Positions 1 to 15,300 are shown, counted from the stretch's first letter. The stretch is DNA of 64,000 bases from Lingula anatina (GCA_051362555.1 CM120646.1:9858001-9922000), one strand, 5' to 3'. The notes: a model not told the origin generated them from the sequence alone. Program-made: numbers and translations.

Positions 1-560
1 AATGGAATTAATCACTCAATTGGTCGTAAATTTGACCTATTTATTTGACCTACTAATCTGCCTGTTTATATACAGCACAGAAAGCAAGCAGAAAAATCTT
101 TTCAAATATAATTTTTCAGGTAATATGAGACTATATTTCTAGGTTATATTATTTGAAGCTATATGGTGGCATATGATCGTCCTTTGTGGCAAAAAACTGA
201 GTTCAAATGCATCTATTTTTTTTTTTTCGATTCTTATTTATAAAAAAATATCCTTTTCACTGAATTGCTCCCCAGGAAAAAAATCATAGACACAAAATCA
301 CTTACAAATGGCACTCAAGGTCACATGACATGTTTACAGCAGTCTGAGTGGATAATTCAATGAATCACAGGTTCAAATAGAATTAATAAGTTTTTATTCT
401 GTTTTTCAATTTTCCATTAGACATACAGATGCTACCCAAAAACTGCACGACATGATTGTCAAATCATTAAACTTTCAACCTGTGCAGCTGAATCATATTT
501 GTTAGAATGATCAATAGAAATAAAATGACAGCCAATGATGGCCATGGTACTAATACCTAA

Positions 561-1273
561 AGGCCCTGTGACCCATTTTTGGAATCAGCAGTAATCAAGA
601 AGAATGAGCCGGAATGAAGAATTTTCAAAATTCGCACCATATTCGGGGAGAAATTTCAAACTGACCTAAATTCTTGTAAGAATACTGTTGGAATACTCAG
701 AATGCGCTTGAATCCGCCTGGAATGATTCGTGCACATTTTGGGTATTTGCTCTCAAATGCAGCTCAATTGTAGTTGGAAAACTAGGAATATCAATAATGC
801 TGTCAGAATGCAGTCGGAATATTTAGAATACATTTCAAATGCCGTACGAGTGTAGTTTGATTGCTGGCTGCAATAGGATTTCGGCAGCCACTGAGATGCA
901 TTCGAGTCGCATTATGGCTCATTTGAGGTGTATGTTGAACATTCTAGCAGGATTTGAAGTGTCTTGTCATTTCAGTTCTCCCTCAAACACGATAAGAATG
1001 TTTTGAATGCTGTTGGAATGCCGCAAGAATATTAAGAATGCACTCCTAGTACAGTTAGAATACACTTATAATGCCATTCGATATTTCTCCACTTAGAATG
1101 CATTATGAAAGTTTTGAGCATGAGCAAAACATTCCGACCAGAAACAAGAATGGGCCCTTATATTTGGAATGCACTCAGAATTTTTAGAAGGCAATTCGAA
1201 TATCCAGGAATATAAAAAGAATTCTCATTCTGACTATATTCTAGCTCATTCAGCCTCTAGTGTGACTAGGGTA
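561..1273. mobile_element. non-autonomous DNA transposon, Harbinger-like, GAAT/ATTC-rich interior
   Basis: Degenerate termini AGGCCCTGTGAC...GTGTGACTAGGGT, imperfect subterminal inverted blocks, many GAATG/CATTC motifs; shares TTGAGCATG..AAAA motif with the 11.8-13.5 kb element. Confidence 0.5.
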
Positions 1274-1316
1274 TAATGTTGTTTACATGAAACCAGTAAT
1301 GCAATCAAAAGTGTAC

Positions 1317-1470
1317 CTTGAATACTATTTCTTCATCTGTTTTCTCTCCTTGGTCCTCCTCAGATGAGTATCTATGCTCTTTTTGTCTGAGCACAGGGCT
1401 CAGTGATTCACTGAGCTGGGTAGGACTAGTAGCTCTCTGCAACTCACGAGCCAACTTCTCTTGCTCCAAC
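1317..1470 (-). CDS. TOPBP1: TOPBP1 coding exon 35
   Basis: ctag|[22 protein letters not shown]...EEIVFK|gtacac. Confidence 0.88.
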
Positions 1471-1931
1471 CTAGCATAGAATTTCATAATCTAACTACTG
1501 TCACCATCTTAAAAAACACTTGTACTAATATTTTCTGATCTGTTTACAGCTAGCAGGAGAATTATTGGTCAAAGCATAATGGAAATTGAAACATCAAGAC
1601 AGCAAGTCAAATAAGGAAGCCCTGTTATCAAGGCTATGCCCACCAGACATTTTATCTTAATAGGCACATTAAGTGTCTGTACATATCAATAACTGAAAAT
1701 AGCATTTTTTGACCCTTCTGTCAACATTTTCTGTAAATGACAGTCTTTCCCATTAGCTAACTCATCAATGTGTTTTGTTCTGGGAGGGGTTGATGTATGA
1801 GAGTGTGGCATACCGGCTGACTGGATCATCCCAGCCCACTTGGTCCTGTAAACTCTGGGAGGGCTCTGGGTGGCTTGTAGGACCCTTTACTGAAGTAAAA
1901 AAAGTTTGCATTTCACTTTTAGTTCAAAAGT

Positions 1932-2004
<73 letters not shown>

Positions 2005-3287
2005 GCTACTAAACATGCTTTATGTATAATTACAAATATACAAAAAGTCTGAGTGACAAAAAATTACTTCTGAATAATTGTAAACTACTAAGTAGTACTT
2101 TCAGAATAATACCAAATTATTGGCGAAGGCTATAATTTCATTTATAGTGCAATATACTTCGGGAGTCTCCCAAGCTAGAGCAATAGCACACATGTGGCCG
2201 CCAGACATGCTGTCACCAATCAGTTCGCTGCCGGCAATCTTTACAACACTCTGGGTATCACTGACCAATCGCATGTCAACTCATTAATCCTTAATTACAA
2301 CGCGTCCACAGTAAGCACATTCTACGCTCTGTCAATTAAACACTGTTGCAGCTCAAAACAGACGACGGGTTTACCCTGTCATGAAATTTTCAGGAGTATT
2401 TAGCAAGCGTCAGATTTCACACTGTCTGGCAACTCTCCCCCTACTGACACAGATGCCACAAGATACTCAGTTTGATTTATTAGAATCCATACAGTTAATT
2501 TACAGACTTGGTGATTGTTAATAAAGTCTACAATCATAACAAACAAAAGGAAATACAACACTTAATTAGAAGACTTACCAGTGCCATTGATCTCCCCATA
2601 AAACAAATTTATTATTGCTAAAACAATATCAAAGGGAATGATTTCTATTTTTGCCAAAAGTCTGGAGTACGAAAAACATGAAGGTTAGCATGGCATCGAA
2701 GCAGAGTTTGTTGACTTCCGTTTTTAATATCTTATGGAGATTCACTTTCAAGAGACGAAATGAAAGATACCCCCAAACAACTAATGAGACTGCTAAAACA
2801 CTTACCAGAAGAACTTGTTTTTTTGTCTAAGGCAGTGTTGGCATCCTCATCTGTCAACAAATATAACAATAAAACTTAAAAGGATAACAAGTCTTTATAC
2901 AAGATCTATATTTCACAATAAATACATTGTAAACATCTCAAAGAAATATAATTTATTCTATTTTACCACAAAAATGGCAGTTATAGCAATTATTCTGAAA
3001 TCTGTGCTTGTCGTCAGACCACTGGACCTCCTGAAGATGGCTATACTCCGTTATAATCTCTTAAGGTTATTATAAAAATACTTTTTAGAAGTAAACTGGG
3101 AACTTTGAATGCAGAAATGCATCATTAACCATTGAGAAGTATGGAAACTCATTTTTTGGCGAAAATGACAAATTGAGCCGTTGTTGTCCTTTTAAATAAG
3201 CAAGCAAAAACTATTGAAAAAAAATTCAAAGAATATAATTAAGAGCAAACGACCCTTTTAAATCAATTAATTGTGGTAAGCAAGATA

Positions 3288-3323
<36 letters not shown>

Positions 3324-6300
3324 TCACAAATATGTTTAAAGCAAAAGTGGCAAACCTAAGCAGTCCTATAGCTAGGGGGGTTCCGAGGGTTTCAATGAAG
3401 CACCCCTTTTGTTGGGAAAAGGTCCATTCTGAATAAAAATCTGATCTGGATACAAGAAAGTTCCATGGAAAAAGGTACACTTTTTTTAGCCCCCCCCCCC
3501 CCCCCCCCCCTTGAAATTGCTAGCTACAGGCCTGCTTGAGGCTATAAAATGAGAGACTTCTGTCCATGGATGCAATAGGCAGCTAGGACTTTTTTTTTTT
3601 TACATATTTTCCTCATTTGAAGTTATATTTCATTTATCTGTCTACACATATGAGGCACTTAAACTTTCTTATACAAATATACCAAAATATGCTGAAAAAA
3701 GTGAAACAAGACAGCACTGTTCTGAAATGGGTTTATTTCCATTTTTAACAATTTTTAACATAAAACAAAATTAACAGTTTACAGCCAATTTTATATGATC
3801 AACTAAGAAAATTGATGAGATGGGAAAAATATCAATAGAATAGTGTTAAATGTCCAATTTCTTCCATTCTGAGATTCTGAACATAGTGAATGATTCAATC
3901 TGACAAACTGCAATGATATGAGTTTATTTCCATTTTTGAAACTTTATTACACAATACACAATAAAAAGTTTAACATCATTTTTACAAAATCAACTAACAA
4001 TGTTGTAAAGATGCAGGAAATGTCAAAAAAACACTTTTACATATCTTATTAATTAAATAATGAAACTGTTAACATGCCTAAGAATTGAATCTAAGGAAAT
4101 GTAAAAAAACAGCATAACTTCTAAAATAATGGCCCGATTATGGTGATTTTTAACTTAACCTGCGTTTTAGCAGGATTGACCACTCCTGTGAGTTTAATGA
4201 CAATTGGCCCATCTGTTTTTCTTATATTGTGTTTACAGTGTTGCATATATGCTGAAAAGTGAAAAAAACAGCATAACTTCTACAATAATGGCCTGATCAT
4301 GCTGATTTTCGAACTTGACCTGCATTTTATGAATATTCATCAGCTCTGCAAATATAAAGCCAAAAAGTAAAACTGCCTTCCACTTATCGTGTTTACAAGG
4401 AAAGTGCACGGCGACGACGGCGACGACAGACGCAGGTGATGGCAATATGTACAGACACATCTATATATATATTTACTGTACTGTTTGAGAACAGTAAGTG
4501 ACATGGTTTTTCTTAAATGGTCATCATGGGAGTAGTGCCCAAAATAGGTTTTTTTCAAATTTTGATGCAATATTACATAATGTTTAACAGCATGATGACC
4601 ATCAATTTTTAATAATAAAATATTAGTATCATGGTTATTCAAAAAATGTGACTAGCAAAGGTCTTCAGGCCCATGGAACTTCAAAGTCACAACTTGAAAA
4701 TGCCAAAATGTAAACAAGACAGCACTGTTCTGAAATGTTTTTTTTTTCCATTTTTAACAATTTTTAACATAAAACAAAATTAACAGTTTACTGCCATTTT
4801 TATATGATCAACTAAGACAATTGATGAGATGGGAAAAATATCAACAGAGCAGTGTTAAATGTCCAATTTCTTCCATTCTGAGATTCTGAACATAGTGAAT
4901 GATTGAATCTGACAAACTGCAATGATATGAGTTTATTTCCATTTTTGAAACTTTATTACACAATACACGATAACAAGTTTACCATCATTTTTACAAAATC
5001 AACTAACAATGTTGTAAAGATGCAGGAAATGTCAAACAAACACTTTTACGTATCTTATTAGTTTAATAATGAGACTGTTAACATGCCTAAGAATTGAATC
5101 TGAGGAAATGTGAAAAATATGCTGAAAAGTGAAAAAACAGCATAACTTCTACAATAATGGCCCGATCATGCTGATTTTCGAACTTGACCTGCGTTTTATG
5201 AATATTCATCAGCTCTGTAAATATAAAGCCAAAAAGTAAAACTGCCCTCCACTTATCGTGTTTACAAGGAAAGTGCACGGCGCCGGCATCGCCATCGCCA
5301 TCGCCATCGCCATCGGCGACGACAGACGCAGGTGATGGCAATATGTACAGACACATCTGTGTCTGTACATAAAAACAGCATAACTTCCCTAAAAATGACC
5401 CGATCATGCTGATTTTCGAACTTAACCTGCGTATTATGAAAATCTGTAAGTTTCAAACCAAAAGAAAAAAACGTTTTTCACTTATCGTATTATCGGTAAA
5501 AGTGCGCAGCGACGACAACCTTGATGACAGACGCATGTGATGGCTATATGTACAGACACATCTGTGTCTGTACACAAAAATGTTAATGGAATTAAAAAGC
5601 TTACAGAGAAGCAAACAGGTGGTTGCAGAAATACTTATAAAATACTGTAACAACTGCAAACTAATCATCTACATTTTGAAATCAAAATGCATTTATAAAA
5701 TTCCAAGCAACCTTGATGAAAAATGATGAAAATGCTGTTGTACAATTTAAAAATTCATTATTCTTCATTATTATTACTTAAATTCTATAATATGCTTTTG
5801 AGATAAAAGGTTAGAAGATTTGAATAAAATGATTCATTCAGAATATGTTATATTCATGATTGTTTTACAAACAAATGGACGATATGGATTTAGTTTGATC
5901 AATTTTTACTGCTGGTGTCACTATGTCCACAAAAGCTACATAATTAAATAAATAAATATAATAATAAAATGATATCCCTGCTTTCAATTACAATTCAAGA
6001 ACCATAGCACAAAGTACACCGTATAACATCACCATAAGTCAAAGAAATTGTACCATGGCCCATAGGAGCCTACGCGTGCGTCTTTTAGACGCCCCTTTAC
6101 ATGCGAAAACGACAAGGCCTATGCCGAGTTCGTCTTTTACTACAGAGCTTTGAGAGCCGAAAATGGCATGGCTTTGTCTCTTTCACCACTTACTGAACTC
6201 CAGAGATGCGAGATTGACACGACCCATGTCGCGTTCGTCTCTCAAATGACACTGTTATAAAACATGAAATAGGCATAACGTGTGATTTTCGCAGCTGAAT

Positions 6301-9300
6301 AACTAGACCCTTATAAACGAAGTTGACGTAATTTGAGAGTCATGTCGCTTTCAACTCTTACAAACCTCCAACAAAATCTATCTCCACACAGACGCGCGCG
6401 ACATGTACTATTGGACATGGGTCAGTTGAAACCCTATTAACCTAAGGGCTCATGTTACTTTCAGCCAACTCTTATATGTCAAATCCAATTAATTTGAAAC
6501 AGTGTTGTGCTGTCCCAAAACATTTTTTTTCATTTGAATCCCATCATAATTTAGTGCTATCTAGATAACAGTGTGGCTAATTGCTTGTAATAATTATATG
6601 GCCTCATATTTTTATTTTCAAGGATTCAAATATAAAGGGTTTTAAGACGGTCCTTCTGTTTCAAATTAATTGGCTGAAAGTAACATGAGCCCTTAAGGTT
6701 AATAGGGTTTCAACTGACCCATGTCCAATAGTACATGTCGCGCGCGTCTGTGTGGAGATAGATTTTGTTGGAGGTTTGTAAAAGTTGAAAGCGACATGAC
6801 TCTAAGGTCACGTCAACTTCGTTTATAAGGGTCTACTTATTCAGCTGCGAAAATCACACGTAATGGCTATTTCATGTTTTATAACAGTGTCGTTTGACAG
6901 ACAAACGCGACATGGGTCGTGTCAATCTCGCATCTCTGGAGTTCAGTAAGTGGTGAAAGAGACAAAGCCATGCCATTTTCGGCTCTCAAAGCTCTGTAGT
7001 AAAAGACGAACTCGGCATAGGCCTTGTCGTTTTCGCATGTAAAGGGGCGTCTAAAAGACGCACGCGTAGGCTCCTATGGGCCATGGTAAAATTGTTCTTT
7101 CTTTACCTGCTGATTTTACAAAAGACTTTGAGGATGGAGGTCTACTTCTGTTGCTGTCAGAGACAGCCTCTGCTGAACTGTTCAAGTTCTCTGCTGTGGC
7201 TGAAACCAAATTTGTAGCACAAAGCTTTTGATGAACAAAACAGATAGCAGTTTATGATTAAATAAAATGAAAGACAAAAAGCAATATAAAACTCAAAGAA
7301 ATAATTTGGCCTGCTTCTGGCAAAAGAACAAGCCCCCAGCACACTAGCCACACACTTCTAGCACATTTGCCGCAAGCTCACATTTCAAATTACATTTTGC
7401 ATTTTGGGATTTATATGAGCTTTCACTGGCAGCTGACATGAAAGGAGAATGTTTAGTAATTTTCATACATTTATATTTGAATAAAAACAGGCATGTTCAA
7501 CCACCTAGATTTAATTGCTTCACAACAGTAAGAAAAATGTAAAGGTGTGTGTGTGTGTGTGTGTAAAGAACTAAAAAAATATCTCCCCGGGGCACTCTTT
7601 CAATCTTCAGTGTAAATCAATTTAAAATTTGCAGTTTAAAAATGTCAAATAATACATTTTACAAACAATTTTAATAGAATTCTTAATAGGTTCTGTAATT
7701 TTATATCAAGAAACATGAAAGGGAACAAAATTTATATATATTTCTTCTACCTACAGGGGCGGATCCAGAGATATTTTCTGACAGTCTTCCAAATTATCTT
7801 TGTTGATCCATCCTCCATTTTTGACTGTCTTTCGACAGAAAAAATAGATACCTGTCAACATAAACTTTTAAATGTGACTGTCTCTATCCGCCCCTGACCT
7901 ACTTCACTGAAATATTTTTAAAAGACACTAAACACCCACACATGAAAATAGATGCCAATGCAAGCTACTTACAGTTTGCCCTCTTCATACTTCTTCTGGA
8001 TTGCTTCTGCGCCCTGGTAGAAAAAAACATTCATTTATTTATAACAGGCTGAGAATGTATTCAGAACTGGGATGATTAATCTAATTACTTTTACCACTTA
8101 CCAATTAATCCAGGACAGTATGTTGTTTTATGGGGAGAAACTTAGAATAGTAAGTGTGAAAATATGGCTGAACTATCTGCAAATATTCAAGGACACATTT
8201 TAATGTAGAAAACAGATGCAAAATATAGGGAGATAATCACATTATGCCAGACATTATTGCTGGCCATACATTGTAGATAAAATGATATTTGTAGGGCATT
8301 TTCTGGTTGCTTTTTGCTTTAAATAACCCTGGATCTTTTTCAGCAACTCATTTGAATAACTGCGTGCAGCAGTAATGTGCCATACATCAGTAGGTCAGTC
8401 TAACTGACTTTCAAGAACTGGATGGACAAATAAGCAGATCACTACCAAAAATTTGAAAGACTGGTTTTCAAACTCGAACACTATATTTTAAGAATATTAT
8501 TTAGCTCTATAAGTATGAAAACAGTAGGCCAAGTTAAATTTTGAACTGGACATGTAAAATACTTATATACATCAGATTGAAAGGACAACAGGTGAAACAG
8601 TTTTTATTGTGTTATCTCTGGAACCGTGTGATGAGAACACTAAACTCAGGTGATGGCTATATTCACTAGTACATGTGGTATCAATAAAAACATGAACTTT
8701 GCTTCTCAATTATGGTTTTATTGCACAAAGACAATAACTGCTATTTTGATGTAGGACAGAGACGACAAAGCACTTGTAAAATAAATGTAAGCTTTTTGCA
8801 ATGTGAGCTGTATATCAATCCTAAGAATCATTCTTATACAGAAAAAAATAATAAGTAACATGGTTTTCCTTTGATAGTGTTTGAGGTGACAGTGCCATTT
8901 TCTGATACAATGTTACAAAATGCTTATAATTAACAGCAAAATCACCACCATTTTAATAAAATGATAAGTGTTATAGATATTCAAAAAATCTGACTAGCAA
9001 GGGTCTTCCCGTCCATGGAAGTTGAAAGTCACAACTTCAAAATGCCAATATGTGGAGAATAGATATTAAAAAAATAATAAAAATAAATATAATAAATAAA
9101 TAAATAAACTGCACAAGTTAAAAAAAAGGAATCCAATCAGGCTTGTTTTTCTAATGCAACTTGTACTTCAGGCCTACAAACCTTATAAGTAAGTTTTAAA
9201 ATCATAAGTAACATTATTAGTAAGTAACAAAGTTCTTTGCAAGGATAGTGAGGTAGAAGACATTCTCTTTATACTAAGCACCTGTAAAATTCATAGCCTT

Positions 9301-12300
9301 CAGTAATTATTACCAGTATTGAATTCTACTTGCCAATGTTAAAGAATCTGATACTTATGTCACTTACTTGGTGGCAGCCATGATGTTCTCTAGCTGTTTG
9401 CTTAATGCTGCATTCATTTCCAATGATACACTGTCTTTTTTCTGAGAATAGGACAGATAAAATTAATTGTTAAATAATAATAATAATAATAATAATAAAA
9501 ATTGCAGGCAAATAACTCATATGTGTAATCAACTTGGAACCTATCTTACAAAGCCAATTATTATATCAGCTTACATCTTCACATGACAGTTCTTTCTTTA
9601 CAAAATGGACAACAGATACAGCAACAACTTGTTCCATAGCCAGTGACACTGGTCACTAGGTAATGTTTAACAAACAGATCTTGATAACACCACAGAACCA
9701 CTGACATTTATGAGTATAAATGCATGTGTGACTCTTTCCTCTCTCTTCTATGGGACCGTTTACAGTGTATTTTTTTAATCTAGCTTATGTGCAGGAACTC
9801 CATGGTGACTCCTGCTGAATGCAATCATATTAACAGACAAGCACGCCTGTTGTTTCCTATGTACTCTAATAATTGCCAGTATTAGGTCTGTTAATCTCAT
9901 TGCATTCACCAATAGTGCCTGAGGAGCGGTCCATCTCCACGGGGTTTCTCACTAAATTGCTTTCAGCTTAAGGGCTAAGATGTCTGGCACACCTGCTAAA
10001 GCTGCTAAACGATAGTTTATTACCCCCTATCAGCTTCAGTAGGAGTGACAGTCATCTAAGTCGCTTAAAGACACATTATCAAGTCAACTTTTTACCACAA
10101 AAGCCAACCAATTGCCAGCATATAGTTTCAAGTAGTATAACTAAGAGAATTACCAAAAGGCATTGTTTAATTTTACCTGAAAATGATGTTTGAATGGATT
10201 TTTCTGCTAGCATTCTATGCTGTATGTCAATGGGGGAGAAAAGTAGGTCACGAAAGTATGTTAAATTTTTGACCAAAAATTTAAAGAAAGGAGCAGTCTA
10301 AAGCTCTTTTATGGCTGATCGAGTGATCTATTCAGTTTATTCCTTTGCATGTCAAATTTATTCTAGTCGTATAAGAAACTAGTGGAAGTGGTTTATATGT
10401 GTTACTGGGAATCCACGCTCCGCTGATGCTCGGTTCATATGTACCTTTAAGTTAATTGCAATTAAGAGAGAATCCCCTCGGAGATAGTTCAATCCAAAGT
10501 TAGTAAGACAGTCTCTGGGAATGGTCTCTTAGAAAAGAAATGGTTAGAGAGGCACATGTATACAAGAAAAAAACATCTATGTCACCTTTTCATCCAAAAA
10601 ACCTTCACAATCAATAGCCATCTCTTCATCACTCTGAGTTGTATCTATCTGAAACCCATCCTTGCCTGTTTCCTCTCCCTCTTGATCATCTTCTATGCTG
10701 GGGGCTGGCGGAGGGTTTGGGGCTGGAGGACTACTTGGGGCTGGAGGAGGGCTAGCAGCATTGCTGGACCTAACTGATGCTCTGGTGGACCTCCGAGTGG
10801 CTGGCACTGGGGTGATTTTCTTAGATACTACTGTCTGCTAAAATAAAATGAAAGCAGGCATATATGTAACACTGCATAATTGCAGCTTTTAAAAAATAAC
10901 ACTTTAGGTATCAAATGATATTTTTTATATATAACACATATAACACATAATCTGACTGCATACCATATACAGCCCTACAGATGGCCCTATGGTAAAATGC
11001 ACAACTCCAACATAGGATGTGCAGGGCTTTGATTCCAAGCAAGGGAATGCTTAATACCAAAATAACTAAAAATATGGATAGCATATATACAAATAACAAA
11101 TAAAACAAGGCAGTAAAGTTATCAAATGTTCAGACAAGGCAGCAGAGCTGTCAACTGTACAGAAAAAAGCAGAAAATGATTCAATCTGATGTAACACTAC
11201 TTTATGTGCAAAGTCAACACCAAATTTTAATAATTGACAACAGGTAATATGAATGTAAGGAATATATAACCAGCATAATGCTGCAGGCCCATGAAAGTTC
11301 ATGTTTACGCTTTGAAAATGCCAGAATGAGAAAAATGAAAACAAAAAATTGCATAAATTCAAGAAAAAATGATAATCCAATCAATATGGTTTTCTAATTT
11401 GAGCTATATGTCAATCCTAGGAATCAAAGTAAAAAAATAGTAAGTATGGTAAAAACTTGAAAATTTCGTCGCTTAAAAATAAATTAATATTTTTAATTGT
11501 GTAAATCCAATGACTTTTTAAATTACGTCTCCCTGACTCCTGAGTATGATGAAATATTCAAAACTCTGACCTTCAGGCTTTTATCCTTATCAGCTTTTAT
11601 CCTTGTCCCTCATACATTGTGGGATATTTATCACTACTTCCTAAGTTATTTTCTGGTGGTAAATAATAATCTATTTACTAGTGCATCTCGATTAAGTTAT
11701 ATGAACTTACCCGAAAAGTAAGTTGAGAATTGTCTTTTCGGTAAGAAACACACCTCCTGATAGAGGAGAGGGATCAAGATAAGCCTAATTGCAACCTTGC
11801 ATTATAAACTGGATGCCACATATTACACACTTAAGCCTCAGTCACAACTGGCCGTGCGGCTCTTACGGCGTTCAAATTTTGCGCAGAATCTCACGTGCCA
11901 TGCAAGTCTTTTTTGCGAAATCTGGAGTTCGTAGATAGCTCGTAAGCACGTACCGAGGACATTGGACATGTCCAAAAGATTCTACGAATAATCTACGCAT
12001 AGCGAAGCCACAAGCGAATCTTGTTCCTCTTGCATGGAGATCGCAAGTGAGATGTGCATGGCCCAAGACGTATGACGCAAGCAATGAAGGAGCATGTGTC
12101 CTATGCATGTTGAGTACCGTGTACATCCTCACAGCTAATGAACACAATGGAAAGCACGGTGGGAGTTCGTCGCACGTGGCCACCCCCATGCCTGAAGTAT
12201 AAAAGGCGTGCTCACAATGCAAGTTCGTGTCTCAACAATTAACGTCGATTGTGCAACATTTACAACAACTTTTAAATATTTGAATTTTGCTTAATTCAGC

Positions 12301-15300
12301 TCCTACTATGCCTCCAAAAGACAAGGGAAAAAAGCTTAGAGAGCAAAAAAAGAAGGGAGGAGGAAGAAGAAAGAAGCGGAGAACAAGGAGGCAAAACTGA
12401 TGTACGCCGTCAGTAGGCTACGTCATCACCAGTGTGATGCAAAAGGGAACTACTTTGGCCGAGCGTTGCATTCTCTCCATAAGTGGTAAGTGTGTGCCAC
12501 GTACACAGGTAGCAAGACGAACCCAAAAAAGAAAATATATAAATATTTAAAAAATCCAAAGGGGGGGGGGGGGTTAAAATAATGATCTCCTGCTGACGAT
12601 CATCCGCAAACAAAGTTCCTAAGTCCCTTGAACTAATATGAAAATTGCATTTTATTCCTGCTTACATCCCGAACAATCTCCCGATGAAGATATGAAAATA
12701 GACTTTTCGTCTCGCTTAGGACAGCCATCGATAACAATAACGGCGTTACAACTTTCAAAGAGCCGTGGCCTGTGACTTCTATTTAGTAATACCAGCTTGA
12801 AAACGCACCTTGAGCCAGGTAACAGTAATGAAACTAAAGACAAAAGGCCAACATTCCCGCAATTGAGAATGGGAATTCACATCTAAACCATCTATACTAT
12901 TAGTAGCCACTCGCAGGGGTGCACTATTGTTCCTATCTTCCATTGAGAGTGTTATCCTGATCTTATTATTGTTTGAGCTGGACAACGCGACCATATTAGG
13001 TGATGAACTTTTCAAAAATTAAGGAGAGGCTCATTTTCAAGCTCGATGAAATTTTCAAAGTGAAAAAAATTACCTTGGTAGAAAATTGTCTTCCAATGAA
13101 ATTTACAAGATCGATGAAATTTTCAAGTTTATACCGTAATACAGTTTTCTTTTCATAATGTTTGTGGTGCCAGTACACAAAGTAGTTTTTTTTCAGTCAA
13201 TTTTGATGCAGTATGATTAGCAGCATAGTCACTATCAATTTAAAGAAATATTATATAAGTTTGACAATCACGGATATTCAGAAAATATTCAGAAATTCAA
13301 AAAAAAAAAAAAATTCCTCACGTGTTCCATACAACAAGCGCATGTTTGCATGTAGTACTTTTAAAATTTTTTGTGAATTCATGGACCGCATGCAGCGGCT
13401 GTTGAGCATGTCAAAAAATGTCTATGTGCTGTCTGCGACCTCCAAAAGTTGCACGATAGAAGTGATCCTCATGCACGAAATCCCACGTTTTCTCTAATTT
13501 TTTGGCCCGAGACCAGACGTTGAAGCCCAACTCTGGATTAAGACCCAGTCTTTAGTAATAAAATGATGAGGTGGTACTTTAGAATCATGCACTCATATTG
13601 GCAAAGAGTACAGTGACTGTAACACTAAACACTATGTCAGGAGCAGATGATAGCTATATGTCCACATAATCTCTGATAAAATGACTTGGATATGTTTATT
13701 CCAGGGTTGCTGTTTTTTCTGGTGATAAGCTTTATTTTTTCACGTATGACCAAATACATTGACATTTATGACACAAATTCGAAATGAACAAAGTGGGCTT
13801 GACAGGTTAGTACTGGCAGATGACTGAATATAGTTAAATGACATCACCAGCACAACCAACTGAACACCTCATTGTAATAGTGAGTTGGGGTTACCCTGTG
13901 AAAAATACAGTCACAATGCCTTATCCAGTGTATGTTGGAGCCAAGGCAATGGCAGCAGCTACAGGAACAACACCAACAGATAATGGTAATCAGAATATAT
14001 TTAGATACTTAGAGTGTCTGCATATAAAAATATCTTTTCTGCCATTCTGTTCTAACAAATTATCTAATGTATGGATCATATCAATTTTTACAATTGTAAT
14101 TAAAAATCTCCACCCCAAAACATGCTTTTACCATATTATCATGGGCATACTGGCCATGCTCATTTATAAACCACCCTCTTAGTACTGTAGCAAGCTGGAC
14201 AGTCTAAAACTGGGTTCCCACAGATTTAGATCGATCCATCTGGATCGACCTTACTCCCTGGGGTTCATGCTAAATTGCTGTCAGCCAAGCGTGCACAAAA
14301 GTTAATTACCTCCGTACAGCCTTTAGTAGGCGGGACAGACATTTAAGCCGGCTAATCTGACAGCAATCTAGTGAGACTCCCCACGGGGATAGGTATATCT
14401 AAAATCTGTGGGAATGGAGTCTAAGAGAGATTTGTCAAATGTTCTATACAAGTAAAGGCTTACCAAAGACAAATTAGGGTTATAGTTTGGTGGAAACAGA
14501 GTCTCTTCCACTTTGGACTTTTGCTCATGACACTGTAAATCAACAAAAGGAAACATTTATTAGACATGGCACTGTGCAGACACAGGAAAATAGGAACTTA
14601 TACTTACTAAAAATGCCGTGGTACACATTTCAAATGCTAATAATTATATACCAATTACTCAGGGGTAGATCCAGAGATATTTTCTGACAGTCTTCCAAAT
14701 TATCTTCGTTACCATCCTCCATTTTTGACCGTCTTCCAACAGAAAAAATAGATATATGTCAATGTTAACTTGAAAATCTGACCATCTTCCAGAAGACCCC
14801 GAAGACGGCTTAAATCCGCCCCTGAATTACTGACTGTAATAATTTTATGGGGTGAGGAAACTAATCGGAAGAATCTTCTTTACTGTTCTGTTTTCTTTAC
14901 TGTTCTTATACAAACTGTACTATACAGTCAGGGTTCATACAAAAAAAACATGAAAAATTCAAGGAATTTCAAGGACTTTCAGGACTCAAATTTAAGCACT
15001 TTTCAAGGACTCTTTGGTCATCAGGAAAGGCAACTGCTATTTACAAATACAACAAATATTTTATTGTTTTACATCTTACTGCATGCAGCATGTAAAATCA
15101 TACTAAGGCTACCACCAAATTAAGGACTTTTTAAGGATAAGGGGAAGAGTTCAAGTACTTTTCAAGGAAAAAATTAAATTCAAGTACTTTTCAAGGTGTG
15201 TGAACCCGTGTGAACCCTGATACTGCACTGTATTTATATAATTCACATATTATTGTGCAATCCAACTACTGTTAGTAGCAAATAAACTTTATTATTACCA

